From a virus (Duplodnaviria; Caudoviricetes): 61,056 nucleotides of DNA. The notes below the pieces were generated by a model. It made no database searches. It saw only the letters and a program-made list of their open reading frames with translations, and was not told the DNA's origin. The translations under genes were made by a program, and so were the position numbers. The stretch spans positions 1 to 61,056 of the IMG/VR virus record IMGVR_UViG_3300043469_000246, one strand, 5' to 3'. The number at the start of each line of letters is the position of its first letter. Position 1 is the stretch's first letter. Below are positions 53,675 through 61,056 of the stretch, piece by piece.

Positions 53675-55443
53675 CTGACCATCCTTATGGGTTGCTTGGT
53701 TGTGTTTAGTTTTGCTTTAATGCGGTCAAACGGTGCTGTCCAATCACCAAAAACTTCTTGGCGGATCAGCGTCATACTATTGTAGTACGGGGTCTTGTCG
53801 CCGTCTAGCGCATACAAGAAGTACGGCATAACAGGTGTTACCACCCATGTTTCAACGCCCATAGCAGCGGATAGGTGGGATACCGATGTGCAAGCCGAGA
53901 TAACTAAGTCGCACGATGCAACCGCATTTCTAGTATCTTCCCAGCTATTTAGCGGAACCTGACGTACCCAAGGAGGGCAAGCATCTGCACCTTCGTCACG
54001 CTGCAAGGATATAAACTCGCACTCGTCAGACTTAACCGCATCAAACATCATCTCGTATGGGAACTTCTTATGATGCTCATGCTCAAATGTTGGGTTGCCC
54101 TGCCAGCGCAGTCCGATACGCTTCTTACGTCCTTTGATGGCAATTGGCTTGTCAATGTACGGAGTGCCTTTTAAGTCCTTAAGCTCGTAACCTAAAGGGA
54201 CAACAGCGCTCATGCCAGCTACCCAGTAATCATGGTAAACACCATACTCAGCGCCATGTTGCACCACAGCAGAAACACCGTCTAGCTGGTTAAACATAGG
54301 AACTAAAGCTCCAGTACAGGCAACCACGACTTTATTACCACGGTCTGCAATGTCTTTGGCATAACGAATCTGATGGATCTGATCTCCCAAACCGCCTTCT
54401 AAATAGAGCAGAATTGTGCCTTTTGACTTGCCATCCCACTGCTGGGTGACTGTCTCTGGGTGCTTATTACCAAATACACCAACAAAACGACCACGATCCA
54501 TGAGCTGGTAGCCCTTCTGAATCTGCCCTTGACGCAATGCATACCAGCCACGGTTATATGCCGCACGGTGATTATTTGGCTCATTGGCTTCTAGTTTATG
54601 TGCTAAGCGCAAGCCTTCAACAAAGTCACCCGATGTAGAGGCGGCTAATTGCAGGTCTAAGTCTGTTAACTCTGGAACGGTACGGGGCTTTTCTAACCAG
54701 AACTCAGGCTGGCAGAACGCTGCGTAGTGGTTCTTTAGTACGTCTTTTGGTGACTCGCTATGCTGACGTTGTAGCACGGGCTTAACATCGTGCATACCAG
54801 AGTAGCCATGTAAGTTCTCATCGTCCTCTTTTACCGAGGAGCCGTCAATATTAGACAGGTCATAGTCAAACGCTGGCAGATCTAAAAACTCGTGGATACG
54901 GTCTAGTTGCGCCTTTGGGTTAGCCAATAGGTCTTCGTACTCCACAAACAGGAAGCACTCAGGCATGAACTGGTAGCCTTCTTGCAGCGAGATATACGCC
55001 GCCTTTAAATGGTCAGCAAGCTGTCCAGAGTGCATAAACTCATCTAAATCTTCAGGCTTAGCGATACGGACAAACGATGCCATACAGTCAGGCACGGAGC
55101 GAACAGTTGCAATAATCTTTGGCTTATGCTGTAGCACTTGGCTCATGGCTTGCATAATCACGGGAACGGGCCAGCCACGTCCCTTATCAATAATTACAGG
55201 CTTATCAGTAGACTCGTAGAACGCATCAATCGTGCCACGCATGGTCTGGGCTAGGAGCTTACGCTCTGGGTCATTCTCATTAAGTAGACCAGCCGAGTGC
55301 CATGTATTAGCAAGACCATCCAAAGCATGAACCAAACCAGAAGTTGTACTGACGTGGGTCTGCGGATTCTGGTTAAGGATTGCCGCCAAGACTGTAGATC
55401 CTGAACGTGGAATGCCTGATAAGAAATGCAATGTTTTTTTCAA
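53671..55443 (-). CDS. sulfotransferase-TPR-glycosyltransferase (GT9-like) fusion
   Basis: GIPRSGSTVL (5'-PSB), VRSVPDCMASF (3'-PB), YEDL; TPR-like helix pair; GLGDQI, IGLRWQGNP, DLVIS..TS..HLSAAMG. Confidence 0.8.
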   Translation of the reverse strand: MKKTLHFLSGIPRSGSTVLAAILNQNPQTHVSTTSGLVHALDGLANTWHSAGLLNENDPERKLLAQTMRGTIDAFYESTDKPVIIDKGRGWPVPVIMQAMSQVLQHKPKIIATVRSVPDCMASFVRIAKPEDLDEFMHSGQLADHLKAAYISLQEGYQFMPECFLFVEYEDLLANPKAQLDRIHEFLDLPAFDYDLSNIDGSSVKEDDENLHGYSGMHDVKPVLQRQHSESPKDVLKNHYAAFCQPEFWLEKPRTVPELTDLDLQLAASTSGDFVEGLRLAHKLEANEPNNHRAAYNRGWYALRQGQIQKGYQLMDRGRFVGVFGNKHPETVTQQWDGKSKGTILLYLEGGLGDQIHQIRYAKDIADRGNKVVVACTGALVPMFNQLDGVSAVVQHGAEYGVYHDYWVAGMSAVVPLGYELKDLKGTPYIDKPIAIKGRKKRIGLRWQGNPTFEHEHHKKFPYEMMFDAVKSDECEFISLQRDEGADACPPWVRQVPLNSWEDTRNAVASCDLVISACTSVSHLSAAMGVETWVVTPVMPYFLYALDGDKTPYYNSMTLIRQEVFGDWTAPFDRIKAKLNTTKQPIRMVS

Positions 55444-55456
55444 AACGTTATGTCCT

Positions 55457-56617
55457 TTATGTTGTTATTGCTATTGCTAATTGATGAATACCTTGTCCTT
55501 GACTTACTGTTTGCCAAGAAGTTAAAGCACCAACTTGAACTGGTGATGATCTAGTTGTGGAATCGCCAAGACCTAATTGCCCAATATTGTTACGCCCCCA
55601 AGACCAAAATGTTCCATCAGTTTTAAGAGAATATGCTGAATATACATTTCTATAAACTGTAGACCAATTTGTTAAAGAACCAACTTGTTTAGGAGAAGAG
55701 TAGTTTGTTTGATTTCCAAGTCCTAATACACCGTTAGCGCCATATCCCCAAGCGTATAATTGACCAGTGGTTGTAGTAGCGACTACAAAATATTGACCTG
55801 TTGCAGCATATAACCAATTAGTCAGTGAGCCAACTTGTTTTGGGGATGAGTAACTTGTGGTATTTCCAAGTCCTAATGCGCCTTGAGAACCACTACCCCA
55901 AGACCAAAAAGTTCCATCTGTTTTAACTGCAATAGAACTATAAGCCCCTGCGGAAACTAAAAGCCAATTTGTAAGTGCGCCGACTTGAACTGGGGAAGAC
56001 GTGCTTGTAACATTACCAAGACCTAATTGACCTTGAGCGTTATACCCCCAACCCCACAATGTGCCATCGGTTTTAATTGACATTGTAAAGTACGTGCCAC
56101 AAGAAACACTAGACCACGTTGTTCCAGAACCAACTTGTTGTGGACTTGATATGCTAGTTGTATTGCCAAGTCCTAGTTGACCAAAGCCATTTGCACCCCA
56201 AGCCCATAAAGTGCCGTCTGTTTTGATGGCGGCAGAAAACTCATATCCAGATGATATTTTTGACCAAGTGGTTAACGCACCAATTTGCTTTGGTGAGGAG
56301 TAAGAAGTAGTGTTACCAAGTCCCAATCTACCAGAATTACCAAGTCCCCATGTCCAAATCGTTCCATTAGTTTTAAGCGCCAAACTATGGTAGTAACCAG
56401 ATGCAAGAGATAACCAATCAGTTAGTGCACCAACTTGCTTAGGAGACGAGTAGGTAGTTGTGTTGCCAACACCAAGCTGACCTTGATTATTAAAACCCCA
56501 GCTAAACAACTTAGGACTAGGCGGTACGGGCCAAGTACCCGCAGCTTTAGCGTCTGCTTGCTGAGATGCTGTCCAGATGCCGCCGTATTGGATGTAGGGT
56601 GATGGATTTATTGGCAT
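55457..56617 (-). CDS. RCC1-repeat beta-propeller protein (type B)
   Basis: same repeat. Confidence 0.9.
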   Translation of the reverse strand: MPINPSPYIQYGGIWTASQQADAKAAGTWPVPPSPKLFSWGFNNQGQLGVGNTTTYSSPKQVGALTDWLSLASGYYHSLALKTNGTIWTWGLGNSGRLGLGNTTSYSSPKQIGALTTWSKISSGYEFSAAIKTDGTLWAWGANGFGQLGLGNTTSISSPQQVGSGTTWSSVSCGTYFTMSIKTDGTLWGWGYNAQGQLGLGNVTSTSSPVQVGALTNWLLVSAGAYSSIAVKTDGTFWSWGSGSQGALGLGNTTSYSSPKQVGSLTNWLYAATGQYFVVATTTTGQLYAWGYGANGVLGLGNQTNYSSPKQVGSLTNWSTVYRNVYSAYSLKTDGTFWSWGRNNIGQLGLGDSTTRSSPVQVGALTSWQTVSQGQGIHQLAIAITT

Positions 56618-56618
56618 A

Positions 56619-57755
56619 TTAGTAAATTAAAGCTAATGTGTTTGATTGACCGAGAGCAATGGAAAGCCAATTTACACTAGCCCCCACTTGCACTGGAGAA
56701 GATCTATTGGTTGTGTCTCCAAGACCTAGTTGACCTTGAGCATTTACTCCCCATGACCACAACGTTCCGTCAGTTTTAATAGAGGCACACGCTCCTGTTG
56801 AATATGTTTTTGGTAGAAGAGACCAATTAGTTAATGCGCCGACTAGTTTAGGAGAAGAATAATATGTTGTATTTCCTAGACCTAATCTACCTCGATTTCC
56901 ATTGCCCCATGAATATAGCTGCCCCGTGGTTGTAATTGCAAACGAAGCGGTACTTGCTGTGCTAGTACGAGCCCAATTTGTTAATGCCCCAACTTGTACT
57001 GGTGATGAAAAATATGTTGTGCTGTTTGTGCCTAATTGACCAGAATTATTTAAACCCCATGCCCATAAAGTATTGTCTGTTTTAATAGCAATACAATAAG
57101 CATTTCCGCAACTAATTGAAGCCCAATTAGTAAGAGCGCCTATTTGTTTTGGCGATGAGTAGCTTGTTGCATTACCCGTAGCGCATTGACCGTTGTTATT
57201 TTGACCCCAGCCCCAAAGTGTGCCGTCTGTTTTTACTGCAATACAAAAATTAAGACCTGAAGATACATTTCTCCAGTTAGTTAAAGCGCCAACTTGCACT
57301 GGCGATGATCTATTTGTAGTTGTGCCATCGCCTAGCTGCCCATCTGAATTGCGACCCCAAGACCATAAAGTGCCATCGGTTTTAATAGCAACCGTAGTAA
57401 CGTTTCCAAGGGAAACAATAGCCCAATTTGTTAAGGCTCCAACTTGCTTGGGAGATGAATAATCTGTTGTGTTACCAAGCCCTAAGCAACCAAACCCTCC
57501 TGCCCCCCACATATATAAGGTTCCGCTGGATGAAATAGCGCCAGAGTAATCTGCGCCACTTGCAATAAAAGCCCAATTTGTTAATGCGCCAACCTGTTTT
57601 GGTGAAGAATAATAAGTTGTATTACCAAGACCTAATGTGCCGCTTGTCCCTGCTCCCCAAGCATTTAAATAAGGGGAATACGTAGGTGGTGGCGGGGCTA
57701 CAAGCGGGTTGAACGCTCCGTCCTGTAGCCAAGCTCCTGTGTAACGCAGGGACAT
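56619..57755 (-). CDS. RCC1-repeat beta-propeller protein (type A)
   Basis: same repeat; start set at MSLRY by alignment with paralogue MSYRY. Confidence 0.88.
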   Translation of the reverse strand: MSLRYTGAWLQDGAFNPLVAPPPPTYSPYLNAWGAGTSGTLGLGNTTYYSSPKQVGALTNWAFIASGADYSGAISSSGTLYMWGAGGFGCLGLGNTTDYSSPKQVGALTNWAIVSLGNVTTVAIKTDGTLWSWGRNSDGQLGDGTTTNRSSPVQVGALTNWRNVSSGLNFCIAVKTDGTLWGWGQNNNGQCATGNATSYSSPKQIGALTNWASISCGNAYCIAIKTDNTLWAWGLNNSGQLGTNSTTYFSSPVQVGALTNWARTSTASTASFAITTTGQLYSWGNGNRGRLGLGNTTYYSSPKLVGALTNWSLLPKTYSTGACASIKTDGTLWSWGVNAQGQLGLGDTTNRSSPVQVGASVNWLSIALGQSNTLALIY

Positions 57756-57756
57756 C

Positions 57757-58332
57757 TTAGGCTCCCTCTTTCTTGGCAGCCCAACCAGCTCGAATAGCAG
57801 CAATCATTTTTTCTCTAGTTGCTGGGTCTTTCCATTGTTTTTTCTTTGACTCAGAAATATTCTTACGTTGCTCTTCTGTGCGCTTTAATCCAGTGCGAGA
57901 TGCAACCATCTTTGCACGAGTTTCTGCTGTTACAGGACGATCTGCGTTGGTTGGGCGTTTTCCATACATTGGATGTGCTTTACCAGTTCTACCATAAGCG
58001 CCATTCTTTTCTCCAATTAAACCAAAGCCACCACGCCCGCCAGTAGAAAAGTTGTAACCCTTTGGAGATAATGTATTAAATGATTGAATTGCTTTTGCTT
58101 CCATTGAATAACAGTATTCTTGGGTTCCTTTGAGCAGGACATCCATTTTAAAGTTATTAATACCATGTTTGTGCATAGCGTATCTTACATAAGACTTTGA
58201 TGTTTTTCTTTGTTCGGCATGAGTCTTAAATCTACGTTTAGGAGTTTTAGACACGCCTATATACTGCATACCATCCAAAAGATTGGTAATGCAATAAAGG
58301 TAAGCGATAGGCTGATTAACAGCCTGGATCAT
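57757..58332 (-). CDS. GIY-YIG homing endonuclease with NUMOD3-like repeats
   Basis: YLYCITN..YIGVS..R..H, E, GYN; GEKNGAYG/HPMYGK, ETRAKM, EEQRKNISES. Confidence 0.85.
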   Translation of the reverse strand: MIQAVNQPIAYLYCITNLLDGMQYIGVSKTPKRRFKTHAEQRKTSKSYVRYAMHKHGINNFKMDVLLKGTQEYCYSMEAKAIQSFNTLSPKGYNFSTGGRGGFGLIGEKNGAYGRTGKAHPMYGKRPTNADRPVTAETRAKMVASRTGLKRTEEQRKNISESKKKQWKDPATREKMIAAIRAGWAAKKEGA

Positions 58333-58733
58333 GTAATTGCCTCAAAAATCGCTGTGTAAGTCAAGGCAGATGCAGTGCCTGAAGTTACACCAACAGATTG
58401 ATTCTCCGTAATATAAAGGTCGGTAGTCTTATCAACTACGATCAAAGAAGCGTTTGCTGGCACAGAGATCTGATAAGCCAAATATCCGATTACCGTAGCA
58501 GAGCCGAACGTAGCGTTGTTGCCTACACCAACCGTTGCAGCTGCTGCGGATGCCGTTGTGTTAGACACAATCAGTCCTGTAATTTTATTTACAGTATTGG
58601 CAGCTGGTGTTAAGCCAGTAAGCGTTGTTGCGCCGTCAAATGTCCAGCTAGTCGTTGCGGTTGTGCCTGATGGAACCACATAGGCTGTCTGCCCTTTGAT
58701 TGTGGTTAGTGCTGCTATATTTGGATTTGCCAT
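58329..58733 (-). CDS. putative tail-associated protein
   Basis: MANPNI.., QISVPANASLIVVDK..YITE; Thr/Ala-rich. Confidence 0.65.
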   Translation of the reverse strand: MANPNIAALTTIKGQTAYVVPSGTTATTSWTFDGATTLTGLTPAANTVNKITGLIVSNTTASAAAATVGVGNNATFGSATVIGYLAYQISVPANASLIVVDKTTDLYITENQSVGVTSGTASALTYTAIFEAIT

Positions 58734-58743
58734 GATGTCTTCC

Positions 58744-59445
58744 TTAAAATCCTAATGTCATTGTAAGAGCAATTACTTTTGCTTGTGAAATACCTGCGCT
58801 AACCGTGTCCCAAGAAGCCACTGTACCGTTGGTAGTTAAATACTTACCAGACTGACCAGTTTGGCTTGGTAAAGCATCTACTGTTGCCCATGAGGTATCA
58901 GTACCGTTTGTAGTTAAATACTTACCAGTATTGCTAGTCTGGCTTGGTGCTAATGCGTTAAATGCTGTTGTTGCCGTTGTCTGCCCTGTGCCACCAGAAC
59001 CTATAGGAAGTGCTGATCCTAAAGTTAACGAACTTAGGTAATTGGTTGCATCTACTACGTTAGTCCCGTTGTTATAAACAAACATAGACTTACCAGCGGC
59101 TACAGCAATACCTGTGCCTGATGTGTTCTTTACAGTAACAGCATCGGCTAACCCGTTGTTTATTAAGTATAATTTTTCAATCTGACAGCCTGAACCAAGG
59201 ATTAACTGCCTTGCGCCACCAGAAGTACCTGTCAGGTTTAAACGCAGATTACGGGCTGTTTGCGCTGCGTTACTGTCTGTGAGGGTAACGGTTACGTCTG
59301 CACTTGAAAAGGCAACATCCGCTGATCCTGTAATTGCTTCACTTAGAGCAATAGAAAAGTTGTTGTTGGTCGTGGTTCCCCACGTACCTGTCTGGTCGCC
59401 TGTACCAATCAGCTCTATCTTTAGATCACTGTATGTAGATGCCAT
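58744..59445 (-). CDS. putative tail fibre base/short fibre protein
   Basis: GTWGTTTNNN, GGTG, duplicated PSQT..GKYLTTNGT..SW.TV. Confidence 0.7.
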   Translation of the reverse strand: MASTYSDLKIELIGTGDQTGTWGTTTNNNFSIALSEAITGSADVAFSSADVTVTLTDSNAAQTARNLRLNLTGTSGGARQLILGSGCQIEKLYLINNGLADAVTVKNTSGTGIAVAAGKSMFVYNNGTNVVDATNYLSSLTLGSALPIGSGGTGQTTATTAFNALAPSQTSNTGKYLTTNGTDTSWATVDALPSQTGQSGKYLTTNGTVASWDTVSAGISQAKVIALTMTLGF

Positions 59446-59472
59446 AATTTGTCCTTACTCAATAATATCATT

Positions 59473-59907
59473 TTATGCTGCTATTTCAACCCAGTTCGGG
59501 GTTTGATTATCGTTAATCGTAATCCAAACCGTTACTGAAGTCACGCTTGCCGTGCCGCTAACTCCAACTACAAAAACCTCAATTGAAGGTATTACAGTAA
59601 CCGTTCCAACAGACCCTGTAGCTTGTAATCCTGTAACAGGAGTATTAGCCGATCCTGTTACAGAAACTGACCCTAAAACAACTGTGCCCGCAACTCCTGT
59701 AACTAAAACATTAGAACCCGCTTCTATAACTACGCTACCAACAAATCCTGTTACTTCTAGCCCTGTTACTGGAACATCTACATCTGCAATAACAGTAACC
59801 GTTCCTACAAAGCCTGTAGCTACAAACGATACGTTTCCTTCACCCCAGGCTGAATCACCCCAGCCCTGACTACCAAATCCGCCTAAAGGTACGGTGACAT
59901 CACTCAT
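59473..59907 (-). CDS. Val/Gly/Thr repeat virion protein
   Basis: VTG..ATG.VG.VTV repeats; C-terminal INDNQTPNW. Confidence 0.7.
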   Translation of the reverse strand: MSDVTVPLGGFGSQGWGDSAWGEGNVSFVATGFVGTVTVIADVDVPVTGLEVTGFVGSVVIEAGSNVLVTGVAGTVVLGSVSVTGSANTPVTGLQATGSVGTVTVIPSIEVFVVGVSGTASVTSVTVWITINDNQTPNWVEIAA

Positions 59908-60821
59908 GCTGCCGTCCTAATAATTGTCCAGTTTGGTGTTTGATTATCGTTAATTAGGCTCCAAATCAACACCGATCCAATCTGTCCTGTACATTGCACT
60001 CCTGTTACGTTAACACTAGCAGAAGCAGAAATTGTTACATTTCCTACGCTGGCTGTAGCCTGTACGCCAGTAACTAGGGCTTGAATACTAGGAATAACTA
60101 CTACCGTCCCTACTGCCGCAGTTCCTGCTACGCCTACAACGTCTACAACCGCCGTTCCTGTTACAGATGCATTACCTTGCTGTACGGTTCCTGCAACCCC
60201 TGTTACAAGCACTTCTACGCTTGGTACAACGGTTACTGAACCTACTTCTCCCGTAGCAGAAAGACCTGAAACTGGAGCATTTGCTGCTGCTTCTACAGAG
60301 ACTGATCCTTGTACTACCGTTCCTGCTACACCTGTTATAAGTACTAAAAGCGAACCATCAACAACTGCATCACCTATAGCGCCAGTGCCTTGTACGCCTG
60401 TTACAGCTACTGATACACCTGGTACAACAGTAACTTCACCTACAGATCCAGTACCAGAGACTCCTGTTACAGAGACTCCAATACCTTGCCCAACTGTTAC
60501 GCTACCAACAATACCTGTACCGCTTACTGAAGTAACTCCAATACTAGAACCAGCATCAATAGCTACGCCTTCTATCTGTCCTGTACCGCTTACTCCAGTT
60601 ACGCTAACAGCTGCTGAAGCAGTAACCGTTGCACTACCTAACTGCCCTGTTCCCGATACCCCTGTTAAGCTAACATTTACATCTTCAGTAGCATTTACAG
60701 TAACTACGCCTACATTTCCAGTGCCTACAACTCCACTAGGGGAGACCTCTACGTCAGTGTAGTCCTCGCCCCACGGTCCGCCACTCCACGCACCGCTTCC
60801 CCAGCCCGAATAAGTTGGCAC
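59904..60821 (-). CDS. Val/Gly/Thr repeat virion protein (paralogue)
   Basis: ~22-aa repeats VTGVSGTG.VG.VTV; C-terminal INDNQTPNW. Confidence 0.7.
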   Translation of the reverse strand: MPTYSGWGSGAWSGGPWGEDYTDVEVSPSGVVGTGNVGVVTVNATEDVNVSLTGVSGTGQLGSATVTASAAVSVTGVSGTGQIEGVAIDAGSSIGVTSVSGTGIVGSVTVGQGIGVSVTGVSGTGSVGEVTVVPGVSVAVTGVQGTGAIGDAVVDGSLLVLITGVAGTVVQGSVSVEAAANAPVSGLSATGEVGSVTVVPSVEVLVTGVAGTVQQGNASVTGTAVVDVVGVAGTAAVGTVVVIPSIQALVTGVQATASVGNVTISASASVNVTGVQCTGQIGSVLIWSLINDNQTPNWTIIRTAA

Positions 60822-60831
60822 CTAACCATCC

Positions 60832-61056
60832 CTAGGCTATACGAATAATTGCGTTGCTTGAGTCTGCCGTTGGGAAAACAATCGTAAATGTACCTGCGGT
60901 TGAAGTCTTAGCGCCGCCAAAGTCGAGTACGCAAACGGTTGGATCACCCGCTGCGGTGTCGTTATAGATCAATGCGCCAAACGCAGTAATCGTTGCCGAA
61001 GTAAACGACAGGTCATTAAAGTCAGTAAACGCTGTAGTACCTGTAGAAGTTGGGGT
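60832..61056 (-). CDS. 3' part of conserved virion structural protein (starts beyond window end)
   Basis: open frame ...GALIYNDT..VLDFGGAKTST.GTFTIVFP..AIIRIA to TAG 60832. Confidence 0.7.
   Translation of the reverse strand, partial: TPTSTGTTAFTDFNDLSFTSATITAFGALIYNDTAAGDPTVCVLDFGGAKTSTAGTFTIVFPTADSSNAIIRIA

Noticed and set aside
51340-57755. RCC1 repeats as a CRISPR array or DGR target
   Set aside because: Repeats are degenerate at synonymous positions and in-frame coding; no reverse transcriptase or template repeat seen
262-58332. Group I introns around the HNH and GIY-YIG genes
   Set aside because: Flanking genes look intact and abut the nuclease ORFs, leaving no room for an intron core
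350-60762. Numerous plus-strand ORFs antisense to long minus-strand genes (e.g. 350-688, 11865-12293, 35119-35598, 43953-44390, 60385-60762)
   Set aside because: Shadow frames of genes with clear motifs; no RBS or recognisable domains
1-61056. tRNA, rRNA, integrase or DNA polymerase genes
   Set aside because: None recognised by eye; tRNAscan-SE/HMM searches would be needed to exclude them, and part of the genome lies outside the window

Overview
About 61 kb of a tailed dsDNA phage (Caudoviricetes, podovirus-like virion gene set), probably most of one genome, cut mid-gene at both ends. The minus strand carries packaging and head genes (terS, terL, portal, GroES-like, scaffold, major capsid) and a cluster of small basic proteins. 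It also carries a replication/recombination block (TOPRIM primase, SF2 helicase, ParB-like, ERF, PD-(D/E)XK nuclease), ejection proteins and a 3768-aa polyvalent MTase-helicase-peptidase protein. Lysis genes follow, then a tail region with four RCC1-repeat propellers interleaved with a sulfotransferase-TPR-glycosyltransferase fusion and an APS kinase-nucleotidyltransferase fusion. A short plus-strand operon of small acidic proteins (15.1-18.2 kb) looks like the early region. The most striking unexplained signal is at RNA level. A 12-nt ribosome-binding leader (AACTGCTAGGAG) recurs at five gene starts. The early-operon copies are preceded by a promoter, two RNase III-like hairpins, or a canonical hammerhead ribozyme (16456-16517). 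A promoter-to-terminator non-coding RNA (~21845-21970, minus) carries the exact complement CUCCUAGCAG. Two more structured RNA candidates lie at 5704-5782 and 21510-21797. No integrase, DNA polymerase, tRNA or CRISPR array was recognised. All family assignments are by-eye motif recognition, not database searches.
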